Assembly (NCBI RefSeq): GCF_020745735.1
Contig: NW_026869102.1
Coordinates: 128,367 to 192,366, forward strand
Direction of reading: 5' to 3'
Length of the DNA: 64,000 bases
Origin: Hemiscyllium ocellatum
Taxonomy: Eukaryota
The position numbers were made by a program, and so were the translations under genes. Shown piece after piece: positions 13,250 to 27,934 of the stretch. Numbering within the stretch: position 1 is the first letter of the stretch; the number at the start of each line of letters is the position of its first letter. A model generated the notes under the pieces. It searched no databases, was not told the origin of the DNA, and saw only the letters and a list, made by a program, of their open reading frames with translations.

Positions 13250-16200
13250 AGGGAGAGATACAAAGGGGAAGAGAGGGGGAATACTGTGGGGGAGATACAA
13301 AGGGGAAGAGAGGGGGAATACTGTGGGGGAGATACAAAGGGGAAGAGAGGGGGAATACTGTGGGGGAGATACAAAGGGGAAGAGAGGGGGAATACTGTGG
13401 GGGAGATACAAAGGGGAAGAGAGGGGGAATACTGTGGGGGAGATACAAAGGGGAAGAGAGGGGGAATTCTGTGGGGGAGATACAAAGGGGAAGAGAGGGG
13501 GAATACTGTGGGGGAGATACAAAGGGGAAGAGAGGGGGAATACTGTGGGAGAGATACAAAGGGGAAGAGAGGGGGAATACTGTGGGGGGATACAAAGGGG
13601 AAGAGAGGGGGAATACTGTCGGGGAGATACAAAGGGGAAGAGAGGGGGAATACTGTGGGAGATACAAAGGGGAAGAGAGAGGGAATACTGTGGTGGAGAT
13701 ACAAAGGGGAAGAGAGGGGGAATACTGTGGGGGAGATACAAAGGGGAAGAGAGGGGGAATACTGTGGGAGTGATACAAAGGGGAAGAGAGGGGGAATACT
13801 GTGGGGGAGATACAAAGGGGAAGAGAGGGGGAATACTGTGGGAGTGATACAAAGGGGAAGAGAGGGGGAATACTGTGGGGGAGATACAAAGGGGAAGAGA
13901 GGGGGAATACTGTGGGGGAGATACAAAGGGGAAGAGAGGGGGAATACGGTGGGAGTGATACAAAGGGGAAGAGAGGGGGAATACTGTGGGAGTGATACAA
14001 AGGGGAAGAGAGGGGGAATACTGTGGGGGAGATACAAAGGGGAAGAGAGGGGGAATACTGTGGGAGTGATACAAAGGGGAAGAGAGGGGGAATACTGTGG
14101 GGGAGATACAAAGGGGAAGAGAGGGGGAATACTGTGGGGGAGATACAAAGGGGAAGAGAGGGGGAATACTGTCGGGGAGATACAAAGGGGAAGAGAGGGG
14201 GAATACTGTGGGAGATACAAAGGGGAAGAGAGAGGGAATACTGTGGTGGAGATACAAAGGGGAAGAGAGGGGGAATACTGTGGGGGAGATACAAAGGGGA
14301 AGAGAGGGGGAATACTGTGGGAGTGATACAAAGGGGAAGAGAGGGGGAATACTGTGGGGGAGATACAAAGGGGAAGAGAGGGGGAATACTGTGGGAGTGA
14401 TACAAAGGGGAAGAGAGGGGGAATACTGTGGGGGAGATACAAAGGGGAAGAGAGGGGGAATACTGTGGGGGAGATACAAAGGGGAAGAGAGGGGGAATAC
14501 GGTGGGAGTGATACAAAGGGGAAGAGAGGGGGAATACTGTGGGAGTGATACAAAGGGGAAGAGAGGGGGAATACTGTGGGGGAGATACAAAGGGGAAGAG
14601 AGGGGGAATACTGTGGGAGTGATACAAAGGGGAAGAGAGGGGGAATACTGTGGGGGAGATACAAAGGGGAAGAGAGGGGGAATACTGTGGGGGAGATACA
14701 AAGGGGAAGAGAGGGGGAATACTGTGGGGGAGATACAAAGGGGAAGAGAGGGGGAATACTGTGGGGGAGATACAAAGGGGAAGAGAGGGGGAATACTGTG
14801 GTGGAGATACAAAGGGGAAGAGAGGGGGAATACTGTGGGAGAGATACAAAGGGGAAGAGAGGGGGAATACTGTGGGAGAGATACAAAGGGGAAGAGAGGG
14901 GGAATACTGTGGGGGAGATACAAAGGGGAAGAGAGGGGGAATACTGTGGGAGTGATACAAAGGGGAAGAGAGGGGGAATACTGTGGGGGAGATACAAAGG
15001 GGAAGAGAGGGGGAATACAGTGGGGGAGATACAAAGGGGAAGAGAGGGGGAATACTGTGGGGGAGATACAAAGGGGAAGAGAGGGGGAATACTGTGGGAG
15101 AGATACAAAGGGGAAGAGAGGGGGAATACTGTGGGGGAGATACAAAGGGGAAGAGAGGGGGAATACTGTGGGGGGATACAAAGGGGAAGAGAGGGGGAAT
15201 ACTGTGGGAGTGATACAAAGGGGAAGAGAGAGGGGGAATACTGTGGGGGAGATACAAAGGGGAAGAGAGGGGGAATACTGTGGGAGTGATACAAAGGGGA
15301 AGAGAGGGGGAATACTGTGGGGGAGAGATACAAAGGGGAAGAGAGGGGGAATACTGTGGGGGAGATACAAAGGGGAAGAGAGGGGGAATACTGTGGGAGT
15401 GATACAAAGGGGAAGAGAGGGGGAATACTGTGGGAGTGATACAAAGGGGAAGAGAGGGGGAATACTGTGGGGGAGATACAAAGGGGAAGAGAGGGGGAAT
15501 ACTGTGGGGGAGATACAAAGGGGAAGAGAGGGGGAATACTGTGGGGGAGAGATACAAAGGGGAAGAGAGGGGGAATACTGTGGGGGAGATACAAAGGGGA
15601 AGAGAGAGGGAATACTGTGGGAGTGATACAAAGGGGAAGAGAGGGGGAATACTGTGGGAGAGATACAAAGGGGAAGAGAGGGGGAATACTGTGGGGGAGA
15701 GATACAAAGGGGAAGAGAGAGGGAATACTGTGGGGGAGATACAAAGGGGAAGAGAGGGGGAATACTGTGGGAGAGATACAAAGGGGAAGAGAGGGGGAAT
15801 TCTGTGGGGGAGATACAAAGGGGAAGAGAGGGGGAATACTGTGGGAGAGATATAAAGGGGAAGAGAGGGGGAATACTGTGGGGGAGATACAAAGGGGAAG
15901 AGAGGGGGAATACTGTGGGGGAGATACAAAGGGGAAGAGAGGGGGAATACTGTGGGGGAGATACAAAGGGGAAGACAGGGGGAATACTGTGGGAGATATA
16001 CAAAGGGGAAGAGAGGGGGAATACTGTGGGGGAGATACAAAGGGGAAGAGAGAGGGAATACTGTGGGAGATATACAAAGGGGAAGAGAGGGGGAATACTG
16101 TGGGGGAGATACAAAGGGGAAGAGAGAGGGAATACTGTGGGAGAGATACAAAGGGGAAGAGAGGGGGAATACTGTGGGAGAGATACAAAGGGGAAGAGAG

Positions 16201-19200
16201 GGGGAATACTGTGGGAGAGATACAAAGGGGAAGAGAGGGGGAATACTGTGGGAGATACAAAGGGGAAGAGAGGGGGAATACTGTGGGGGAGATACAAAGG
16301 GGAAGAGAGAGGGAATACTGTGGGGGGATACAAAGGGGAAGAGAGGGGGAATACTGTGGGAGATATACAAAGGGGAAGAGAGGGGGAATACTGTGGGAGA
16401 GATACAAAGGGGAAGAGAGGGGGAATACTGTGGGAGAGATACAAAGGGGAAGAGAGGGGGAATACTGTGGGAGAGATACAAAGGGGAAGAGAGGGGGAAT
16501 ACTGTGGGGGAGATACAAAGGGGAAGAGAGGGGGAATACTGTGGGAGAGATACAAAGGGGAAGAGAGGGGGAATACTGTGGGGGAGATACAAAGGGGAAG
16601 AGAGGGGGAATACTGTGGGGGAGATACAAAGGGGAAGACAGGGGGAATACTGTGGGAGTGATACAAAGGGGAAGAGAGGGGGAATACTGTGGGGGAGATA
16701 CAAAGGGGAAGAGAGAGGGAATACTGTGGGGGAGATACAAAGGGGAAGAGAGGGGGAATACTGTGGGAGTGATACAAAGGGGAAGAGAGGGGGAATACTG
16801 TGGGAGATATACAAAGGGGAAGAGAGGGGGAATACTGTGGGGGAGATACAAAGGGGAAGAGAGGGGGAATACTGTGGGAGAGATACAAAGGGGAAGAGAG
16901 GGGGAATACTGTGGGGGAGATACAAAGGGGAAGAGAGGGGGAATACTGTGGGAGTGATACAAAGGGGAAGAGAGGGGGAATACTGTGGGAGATATACAAA
17001 GGGGAAGAGAGGGGGAATACTGTGGGAGAGATACAAAGGGGAAGACAGGGGGAATACTGTGGGGGAGATACAAAGGGGAAGAGAGGGGGAATACTGTGGG
17101 GGAGATACAAAGGGGAAGAGAGAGGGAATACTGTGGGGGAGATACAAAGGGGAAGAGAGGGGGAATACTGTGGGAGAGATACAAAGGGGAAGAGAGGGGG
17201 AATACTGTGGGGGAGATACAAAGGGGAAGAGAGAGGGAATACTGTGGGGGAGATACAAAGGGGAAGAGAGGGGGAATACTGTGGGGGAGATACAAAGGGG
17301 AAGAGAGGGGGAATACTGTGGGGGGATACAAAGGGGAAGAGAGGGGGAATACTGTGGGAGTGATACAAAGGGGAAGAGAGAGGGGGAATACTGTGGGGGA
17401 GATACAAAGGGGAAGAGAGGGGGAATACTGTGGGGGAGAGATACAAAGGGGAAGAGAGGGGGAATACTGTGGGGGAGATACAAAGGGGAAGAGAGGGGGA
17501 ATACTGTGGGGGAGATACAAAGGGGAAGAGAGAGGGAATACTGTGGGAGAGATACAAAGGGGAAGAGAGGGGGAATACTGTGGGGGGATACAAAGGGGAA
17601 GAGAGGGGGAATACTGTGGGGGGATACAAAGGGGAAGAGAGGGGGAATACTGTGGGAGAGATATAAAGGGGAAGAGAGGGGGAATACTGTGGGGGAGATA
17701 CAAAGGGGAAGAGAGGGGGAATACTGTGGGGGAGATACAAAGGGGAAGAGAGGGGGAATACTGTGGGGGAGATACAAAGGGGAAGAGAGGGGGAATACTG
17801 TGGGGGAGATACAAAGGGGAAGAGAGGGGGAATACTGTGGGGGAGATACAAAGGGGAAGAGAGGGGGAATACTGTGGGGGAGATACAAAGGGGAAGAGAG
17901 GGGGAATACTGTGGGGGAGATACAAAGGGGAAGAGAGGGGGAATACTGTGGGAGTGATACAAAGGGGAAGAGAGGGGGAATACTGTGGGGGAGATACAAA
18001 GGGGAAGAGAGGGGGAATACTGTGGGGGAGATACAAAGGGGAAGAGAGGGGGAATACTGTGGGAGATATACAAAGGGGAAGAGAGGGGGAATACTGTGGG
18101 GGAGAGATACAAAGGGGAAGAGAGAGGGAATACTGTGGGAGTGATACAAAGGGGAAGAGAGGGGGAATACTGTGGGAGAGATACAAAGGGGAAGAGAGGG
18201 GGAATACTGTGGGAGAGATACAAAGGGGAAGAGAGAGGGAATACTGTGGGAGATATACAAAGGGGAAGAGAGGGGGAATACTGTGGGGGAGATACAAAGG
18301 GGAAGAGAGGGGGAATACTGTGGGGGAGATACAAAGGGGAAGAGAGGGGGAATACTGTGGGGGAGATACAAAGGGGAAGAGAGGGGGAATACTGTGGGAG
18401 ATATACAAAGGGGAAGAGAGGGGGAATACTGTGCGGGAGATACAAAGGGGAAGAGAGGGGGAATACTGTGGGAGTGATACAAAGGGGAAGAGAGGGGGAA
18501 TACTGTGGGGGAGATACAAAGGGGAAGAGAGGGGGAATACTGTGGGGGAGATACAAAGGGGAAGAGAGGGGGAATACTGTGGGAGAGATACAAAGGGGAA
18601 GAGAGGGGGAATACTGTGGGAGAGATACAAAGGGGAAGAGAGGGGGAATACTGTGGGAGAGATACAAAGGGGAAGAGAGGGGGAATACTGTGGGGGAGAT
18701 ACAAAGGGGAAGAGAGGGGGAATACTGTGGGGGAGATACAAAGGGGAAGACAGGGGGAATACTGTGGGAGAGATACAAAGGGGAAGAGAGGGGGAATACT
18801 GTGGGGGAGATACAAAGGGGAAGAGAGGGGGAATACTGTGGGAGTGATACAAAGGGGAAGAGAGGGGGAATACTGTGGGAGAGATACAAAGGGGAAGAGA
18901 GGGGGAATACTGTGGGAGAGATACAAAGGGGAAGAGAGGGGGAATACTGTGGGGGAGATACAAAGGGGAAGAGAGGGGGAATACTGTGGGAGTGATACAA
19001 AGGGGAAGAGAGGGGGAATACTGTGGGGGATACAAAGGGGAAGAGAGAGGGAATACTGTGGGAGATATACAAAGGGGAAGAGAGGGGGAATACTGTGGGG
19101 GAGATACAAAGGGGAAGAGAGGGGGAATACTGTGGGGGAGATACAAAGGGGAAGACAGGGGGAATACTGTGGGGGAGATACAAAGGGGAAGAGAGGGGGA

Positions 19201-20460
19201 ATACTGTGGGGGAGATACAAAGGGGAAGAGAGAGGGAATACTGTGGGAGATATACAAAGGGGAAGAGAGGGGGAATACTGTGGGAGAGATACAAAGGGGA
19301 AGAGAGGGGGAATACTGTGGGGGAGATACAAAGGGGAAGAGAGGGGGAATACTGTGGGAGATACAAAGGGGAAGAGAGGGGGAATACTGTGGGGGATACA
19401 AAGGGGAAGAGAGGGGGAATACTGTGGGAGATACAAAGGGGAAGAGAGGGGGAATACTGTGGGAGATACAAAGGGGAAGAAAGGGGGAATACTGTGGGGG
19501 AGATACAAAGGGGAAGAGAGAGGGAATACTGTGGGGGATACAAAGGGGAAGAGAGGGGGAATACTGTGGGGGAGATACAAAGGGGAAGAGAGGGGGAATA
19601 CTGTGGGGGGAGATACAAAGGGGAAGAGAGGGGGAATACTGTGGGAGATACAAAGGGGAAGAGAGAGGGAATTCTGTGGGGGAGATACAAAGGGGAAGAG
19701 AGGGGGAATACTGTGGGGGAGATACAAAGGGGAAGAGAGAGGGAATTCTGTGGGGGAGATACAAAGGGGAAGAGAGGGGGAATACTGTGGGAGTGATACA
19801 AAGGGGAAGAGAGGGGGAATACTGTGGGAGAGATACAAAGGGGAAGAGAGGGGGAATACTGTGGGAGTGATACAAAGGGGAAGAGAGGGGGAATACTGTG
19901 GGGGAGATACAAAGGGGAAGAGAGAGGGAATACTGTGGGGGAGATACAAAGGGGAAGAGAGGGGGAATACTGTGGGAGAGATACAAAGGGGAAGAGAGGG
20001 GGAATACTGTGGGAGATACAAAGGGGAAGAGAGGGGGAATACTGTGGGAGATACAAAGGGGAAGAGAGAGGGAATACTGTGGGAGAGATACAAAGGGGAA
20101 GAGAGGGGGAATACTGTGGGAGATACAAAGGGGAAGAGAGGGGGAATACTGTGGGGGAGATACAAAGGGGAAGAGAGGGGGAATACTGTGGGAGATACAA
20201 AGGGGAAGAGAGGGGGAATACTGTGGGAGAGATACAAAGGGGAAGAGAGGGGGAATACTGTGGGGGAGATACAAAGGGGAAGAGAGGGGGAATACTGTGG
20301 GAGATACAAAGGGGAAGAGAGGGGGAATACTGTGGGAGAGATACAAAGGGGAAGAGAGGGGGAATACTGTGGGAGATACAAAGGGGAAGAGAGGGGGAAT
20401 ACTGTGGGAGAGATACAAAGGGGAAGAGAGGGGGAATACTGTGGGGGAGATACAAAGGGA
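13250..20460. repeat. Satellite array B: 37-bp tandem unit GGGGGAGATACAAAGGGGAAGAGAGGGGGAATACTGT, ~195 copies. Variants TGGGAGTGATACAAAGG, TGGGAGAGATACAAAGG and TGGGAGATATACAAAGG.
   Basis: Direct reading. Strict 37-bp register over 7.2 kb and essentially C-free on the + strand. Shares GGGGGAGATACA with array A. Confidence 0.95.
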
Positions 20461-20599
20461 GATATAGAGAGAACACAGTGAGAGAGATACAGAGGGGAAA
20501 TACAAAGTGGGAGATGCTGAGGTGGAGAATAAAGAGGGGAGATAGGGAGAATACGGAGGGGTAGATGGGGGAATACCGCGGGGAGATAGAGGGAATGCT

Positions 20600-21190
20600 T
20601 TAACAACACAGAGGTGGAACGATAGGAAGGTGTCGAGCTCCTGGGAGGGGGGTCATCCACAACGAGCTTTCTCGGTCTCTTCACGCGGCGGACGCTCTGG
20701 TCACAAAGACCCAGCAACGTCCATCCCCGCCCCTCCCCTCCACCCCACCCCCTCCCTCCCTCGGGCAGCTGAGGAAATTTGGCGTGACCCTCGCTAACTA
20801 TGAGAGGGTGTGCGGCCGAGAGGGCTCGGTCTGGGGCGTTACCGCTATCCGGCACGGTCACTGCACCATTCCAGATCAGAGACGGTGACAGGGAGGGTGG
20901 GGGGACGCGGCCTGGACAATCACAAAGGACAACCTCCCGTCTCCAGGCTCCGTCTCCCAGGCCCCACTGACCAGGAAAGGCCCCCAGCGTTCTCAAAGAC
21001 CCACCCCACCCTGGGGATGTTTCTGTACCACCTCTCCCCTCCTGTTGTTAGAATACCGAATGGTCTCACAAACCCCTAACATTGGCCTGTCCCTGTGGTT
21101 TTGTTTGTGCTGCTGTCTCCCTATTATTTATCTCAGTGACCTGTCTGTATCGCTCACAAGGCAAACCTTTTCACTGCGTCGCGGGACAAT
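20600..21190. other. ~600-bp unique, non-repetitive island between satellite arrays B and C. Moderately CpG-containing (cgagctc, cacgcggcggacgctc, tgcggccgagagggctcgg, ggcgttaccgctatccggcacgg) and ends in AATAAA at ~21187-21192.
   Basis: No tandem periodicity; base composition differs sharply from flanks. No convincing ORF: the minus-strand ORF 12789..20996 merely reads into it from the satellite. Confidence 0.5.
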
Positions 21191-21199
21191 AAACCCAAT

Positions 21200-24100
21200 T
21201 CAATACAACACAGAGGGGCAGGCGCGGGGGGCAGATACACAGAGGGGCAGGGGCAGATACAGGGGGGCAGGCGCAGAGGGTACAGATACACAGGAGCAGA
21301 TACAGAGGGGCAGAGGCAGGGGGGCAGAGGCAGAGGGGCAGATACAGAGGGGCAGATACACAGGAGCAGACACAGAGGGGCAGATACACAGAGGGGCAGA
21401 TACACAGAGGGGCAGATACACAGGAGCAGATACAGAGGGGCAGACACACAGAGGGGCAGACACACAGAGGGGCAGATACAGAGGGGCAGACCCAGAGGGG
21501 CAGATACACAGGAGCAGATACAGAGGGGCAGACACAGAGGGGCAGACACAGAGGGGCAGATACACAGAGGGGCAGATACACAGAGGGGCAGATACAGAGG
21601 GGCAGACACACAGAGGGGCAGACACACAGAGGGGCAGATACAGAGGGGCAGACCCAGAGGGGCAGACCCAGAGGGGCAGATACACAGGAGCAGATACAGA
21701 GGGGCAGACACACAGAGGGGCAGACACACAGAGGGGCAGACCCAGAGGGGCAGATACACAGGAGCAGATACAGAGGGGCAGACACACAGAGGGGCAGACC
21801 CAGAGGGGCAGACACAGAGGGGCAGATACAGAGAGGGGCAGATACACAGAGGGGCAGACACACAGAGGGGCAGACACACAGAGGGGGGCAGACACAGAGG
21901 GGGGCAGACACACAGAGGGGCAGACACACAGAGGGGGGCAGACACACAGAGGGGCAGACCCAGAGGGGCAGACCCAGAGGGGCAGATACAGAGAGGGGCA
22001 GATACAGAGAGGGGCAGACACACAGAGGGGCAGACACACAGAGGGGCAGATACAGAGAGGGGCAGACACACAGAGGGGCAGATACAGAGGGGCAGATACA
22101 GAGGGGCAGATACAGAGAGGGGCAGACACAGAGGGGCAGACACAGAGGGGCAGATACAGAGAGGGGCAGACACACAGAGGGGCAGATACACAGAGGGGCA
22201 GATACACAGAGGGGCAGACACACAGAGGGGCAGACACACAGAGGGGGGCAGACACAGAGGGGGGCAGACACACAGAGGGGCAGACACACAGAGGGGGGCA
22301 GACACACAGAGGGGCAGACCCAGAGGGGCAGACACAGAGGGGCAGACACACAGAGGGGCAGACACACAGAGGGGCAGACACACAGAGGGGCAGATACAGA
22401 GAGGGGCAGACACACAGAGGGGCAGATACAGAGGGGCAGATACAGAGAGGGGCAGACACACAGAGGGGCAGACCCAGAGAGGGGCAGATACAGAGAGGGG
22501 CAGACACACAGAGGGGCAGACACAGAGGGGCAGACCCAGAGAGGGGCAGACACAGAGGGGCAGATACAGAGGGGCAGACACACAGAGGGGCAGACCCAGA
22601 GAGGGGCAGACACAGAGGGGCAGACACACAGAGGGGCAGATACAGAGAGGGGCAGATACAGAGAGGGGCAGACACACAGAGGGGCAGACACACAGAGGGG
22701 CAGATACAGAGAGGGGCAGATACAGAGAGGGGCAGACACACAGAGGGGCAGATACAGAGAGGGGCAGATACAGAGAGGGGCAGATACAGAGAGGGGCAGA
22801 CACACAGAGGGGCAGATACAGAGAGGGGCAGACACACAGAGGGGCAGACACACAGAGGGGCAGATACAGAGGGGCAGACACAGAGAGGGGCAGATACAGA
22901 GAGGGGCAGATACAGAGAGGGGCAGACACACAGAGGGGCAGACACACAGAGGGGCAGACACAGAGAGGGGCAGACACAGAGAGGGGCAGATACAGAGAGG
23001 GGCAGACACACAGAGGGGCAGACACACAGAGGGGCAGATACAGAGGGGCAGACCCAGAGGGGCAGATACACAGGAGCAGATACAGAGGGGCAGACACAGA
23101 GGGGCAGACACAGAGGGGCAGATACACAGAGGGGCAGATACACAGAGGGGCAGATACACAGAGGGGCAGATACAGAGGGGCAGACACACAGAGGGGCAGA
23201 CACACAGAGGGGCAGATACAGAGGGGCAGACCCAGAGGGGCAGATACACAGGAGCAGATACAGAGGGGCAGACACACAGAGGGGCAGACACACAGAGGGG
23301 CAGACCCAGAGGGGCAGATACACAGGAGCAGATACAGAGGGGCAGACACACAGAGGGGCAGACCCAGAGGGGCAGACACAGAGGGGCAGATACAGAGAGG
23401 GGCAGACACACAGAGGGGCAGACACACAGAGGGGCAGACACAGAGGGGCAGATACACAGAGGGGCAGATACACAGAGGGGCAGACACACAGAGGGGCAGA
23501 CACACAGAGGGGGGCAGACACAGAGGGGGGCAGACACACAGAGGGGGGCAGACACACAGAGGGGGGCAGACACACAGAGGGGCAGACCCAGAGGGGCAGA
23601 CACAGAGGGGCAGATACAGAGAGGGGCAGACACACAGAGGGGCAGACCCAGAGAGGGGCAGATACAGAGAGGGGCTGACACACAGAGGGGCAGACACAGA
23701 GGGGCAGACCCAGAGGGGCAGACCCAGAGAGGGGCAGACACAGAGGGGCAGATACAGAGGGGCAGACACACAGAGGGGCAGACACAGAGGGGCAGACACA
23801 CAGAGGGGCAGATACAGAGAGGGGCAGATACAGAGAGGGGCAGACACACAGAGGGGCAGACACACAGAGGGGCAGATACAGAGAGGGGCAGATACAGAGA
23901 GGGGCAGACACACAGAGGGGCAGATACAGAGAGGGGCAGATACAGAGAGGGGCAGACACACAGAGGGGCAGATACAGAGAGGGGCAGATACAGAGAGGGG
24001 CAGACACACAGAGGGGCAGACACACAGAGGGGCAGATACAGAGGGGCAGACACAGAGAGGGGCAGATACAGAGAGGGGCAGATACAGAGAGGGGCAGACA

Positions 24101-27100
24101 CACAGAGGGGCAGACACACAGAGGGGCAGACACACAGAGGGGCAGACACACAGAGGGGCAGACACACAGAGGGGCAGATACAGAGAGGGGCAGACACACA
24201 GAGGGGCAGACACACAGAGGGGCAGACACAGAGAGGGGCAGACACACAGAGGGGCAGACACACAGAGGGGCAGATACAGAGGGGCAGACACAGAGAGGGG
24301 CAGATACAGAGAGGGGCAGATACAGAGAGGGGCAGACACACAGAGGGGCAGACACACAGAGGGGCAGACACACAGAGGGGCAGACACACAGAGGGGCAGA
24401 CACAGAGAGGGGCAGATACAGAGAGGGGCAGACACACAGAGGGGGGCAGACACACAGAGGGGCAGACCCAGAGGGGCAGACACAGAGGGGCAGACACACA
24501 GAGGGGCAGACACACAGAGGGGCAGACACACAGAGGGGCAGACACACAGAGGGGCAGATACAGAGAGGGGCAGACACACAGAGGGGCAGATACAGAGGGG
24601 CAGATACAGAGAGGGGCAGACACACAGAGGGGCAGACCCAGAGAGGGGCAGATACAGAGAGGGGCAGACACACAGAGGGGCAGACACAGAGGGGCAGACC
24701 CAGAGAGGGGCAGACACAGAGGGGCAGATACAGAGGGGCAGACACACAGAGGGGCAGACCCAGAGAGGGGCAGACACAGAGGGGCAGACACACAGAGGGG
24801 CAGATACAGAGAGGGGCAGATACAGAGAGGGGCAGACACACAGAGGGGCAGACACACAGAGGGGCAGATACAGAGAGGGGCAGATACAGAGAGGGGCAGA
24901 CACACAGAGGGGCAGATACAGAGAGGGGCAGATACAGAGAGGGGCAGATACAGAGAGGGGCAGACACACAGAGGGGCAGATACAGAGAGGGGCAGACACA
25001 CAGAGGGGCAGACACACAGAGGGGCAGATACAGAGGGGCAGACACAGAGAGGGGCAGATACAGAGAGGGGCAGATACAGAGAGGGGCAGACACACAGAGG
25101 GGCAGACACACAGAGGGGCAGACACAGAGGGGCAGACACAGAGAGGGGCAGACACAGAGAGGGGCAGATACAGAGAGGGGCAGACACACAGAGGGGCAGA
25201 CACACAGAGGGGCAGATACAGAGGGGCAGACCCAGAGGGGCAGATACACAGGAGCAGATACAGAGGGGCAGACACAGAGGGGCAGACACAGAGGGGCAGA
25301 TACACAGAGGGGCAGATACACAGAGGGGCAGATACACAGAGGGGCAGATACAGAGGGGCAGACACACAGAGGGGCAGACACACAGAGGGGCAGATACAGA
25401 GGGGCAGACCCAGAGGGGCAGATACACAGGAGCAGATACAGAGGGGCAGACACACAGAGGGGCAGACACACAGAGGGGCAGACCCAGAGGGGCAGATACA
25501 CAGGAGCAGATACAGAGGGGCAGACACACAGAGGGGCAGACCCAGAGGGGCAGACACAGAGGGGCAGATACAGAGAGGGGCAGACACACAGAGGGGCAGA
25601 CACACAGAGGGGCAGACACAGAGGGGCAGATACACAGAGGGGCAGATACACAGAGGGGCAGATACACAGAGGGGCAGACACACAGAGGGGCAGACACACA
25701 GAGGGGGGCAGACACAGAGGGGGGCAGACACACAGAGGGGCAGACACACAGAGGGGGGCAGACACACAGAGGGGCAGACCCAGAGGGGCAGACACAGAGG
25801 GGCAGATACAGAGAGGGGCAGACACACAGAGGGGCAGACCCAGAGAGGGGCAGATACAGACAGGGGCTGACACACAGAGGGGCAGACACAGAGGGGCAGA
25901 CCCAGAGGGGCAGACCCAGAGAGGGGCAGACACAGAGGGGCAGATACAGAGGGGCAGACACACAGAGGGGCAGACACAGAGGGGCAGACACACAGAGGGG
26001 CAGATACAGAGAGGGGCAGATACAGAGAGGGGCAGACACACAGAGGGGCAGACACACAGAGGGGCAGATACAGAGAGGGGCAGATACAGAGAGGGGCAGA
26101 CACACAGAGGGGCAGATACAGAGAGGGGCAGATACAGAGAGGGGCAGACACACAGAGGGGCAGATACAGAGAGGGGCAGATACAGAGAGGGGCAGACACA
26201 CAGAGGGGCAGACACACAGAGGGGCAGATACAGAGGGGCAGACACAGAGAGGGGCAGATACAGAGAGGGGCAGATACAGAGAGGGGCAGACACACAGAGG
26301 GGCAGACACACAGAGGGGCAGACACACAGAGGGGCAGACACACAGAGGGGCAGACACAGAGAGGGGCAGATACAGAGAGGGGCAGACACACAGAGGGGCA
26401 GACACACAGAGGGGCAGACACAGAGAGGGGCAGACACACAGAGGGGCAGACACAGAGGGGCAGACACAGAGGGGCAGACACAGAGAGGGGCAGACACAGA
26501 GAGGGGCAGACACAGAGAGGGGCAGACACACAGAGGGGCAGATACAGAGAGGGGCAGACACAGAGAGGGGCAGACACACAGAGGGGCAGATACAGAGAGG
26601 GGCAGACACAGAGAGGGGCAGACACAGAGAGGGGCAGACACAGAGAGGGGCAGACACAGAGGGGCAGACACAGAGGGGCAGATACAGAGAGGAGCAGACA
26701 CAGAGGGGCAGACACAGAGGGGCAGATACAGAGGGGCAGATACAGAGGGGCAGACACAGAGGGGCAGATACAGAGAGGGGCAGATACAGAGAGGGGCAGA
26801 CACACAGAGGGGCAGACACACAGAGGGGCAGACACAGAGGGGCAGACACAGAGGGGCAGACACACAGAGGGGCAGACACACAGAGGGGCAGACACACAGA
26901 GGGGCAGATACAGAGAGGGGCAGACACACAGAGGGGCAGACACACAGAGGGGCAGACACAGAGGGGCAGACACAGAGGGGCAGATACAGAGAGGGGCAGA
27001 TACAGAGAGGGGCAGATACAGAGAGGGGCAGACACACAGAGGGGGGCAGATACAGAGAGGGGCAGACACAGAGGGGCAGACACAGAGGGGCAGATACAGA

Positions 27101-27838
27101 GAGGAGCAGACACAGAGGGGCAGACACAGAGGGGCAGATACAGAGAGGAGCAGACACAGAGGGGCAGACACACAGAGGGGCAGACACAGAGGGGCAGACA
27201 CAGAGGGACAGATACAGAGAGGGGCAGATACAGAGAGGGGCAGACACACAGAGGGGCAGACACACAGAGGGGCAGACACAGAGGGGCAGACACAGAGGGG
27301 CAGACACACAGAGGGGCAGACACACAGAGGGGCAGATACAGAGAGGGGCAGACACACAGAGGGGCAGACACAGAGGGGCAGACACAGAGGGGCAGACACA
27401 GAGAGGGGCAGATACAGAGAGGGGCAGATACAGAGAGGGGCAGATACAGAGAGGGGCAGACACACAGAGGGGCAGACACAGAGGGGCAGACACAGAGAGG
27501 GGCAGATACAGAGAGGGGCAGATACAGAGAGGGGCAGATACAGAGAGGGGCAGACACACAGAGGGGCAGACACAGAGGGGCAGACACAGAGAGGGGCAGA
27601 TACAGAGAGGGGCAGATACAGAGAGGGGCAGACACAGAGAGGGGCAGATACAGAGAGGGGCAGACACAGAGAGGGGCAGATACAGAGAGGGGCAGATACA
27701 GAGAGGGGCAGACACACAGAGGGGCAGATACAGAGAGGGGCAGATACAGAGAGGGGCAGATACAGAGAGGGGCAGACACAGAGAGGGGCAGATACAGAGA
27801 GGGGCAGACACACAGAGGGGCAGACACAGAGGGGCAGA
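21200..27838. repeat. Minisatellite array C: 16-bp unit CAGAGGGGCAGAYACA with 18-bp variants (CAGAGAGGGGCAGACACA, CAGAGGGGCAGACACACA), ~390 copies. Local sub-periodic motifs (e.g. CAGGAGCAGATACAGAGGGGCAGAC) mark higher-order blocks.
   Basis: Direct reading; the + strand is essentially T-free over 6.6 kb. Near-identical stretches recur, e.g. 21430-21800 vs 23040-23400 and 25200-25560. Confidence 0.95.
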
Positions 27839-27934
27839 TAGTGGAATACAGAAGGGGAGAGACGGGCAGAAAGGGAGAACATGGAGGGGGAGATGGGGAT
27901 GATGGAGGAATCCTGTGGGGGAGGCACAGGGGAA

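Noticed and set aside
13167-20564. Many overlapping + strand ORFs of type MGEIQRGREGEYCGGDTKGKRGGILW... in array B, plus the MREIGGLLRGRYSEGDRRIIEGEIQ ORFs in array A.
   Set aside because: Same explanation: low-complexity translation of a stop-poor satellite. Identical peptides recur at the satellite period.
12643-20996. Giant minus-strand ORFs (2620, 2573 and 2735 aa) rich in P, S, L and F across arrays A/B.
   Set aside because: Artefacts: the minus strand of a C-free (on +) purine satellite is a pyrimidine strand that cannot encode TAA, TAG or TGA. The periodic 37-aa peptide pattern reflects the 37-bp unit cycling through three frames, and there is no non-repeat flank, start context or homology.
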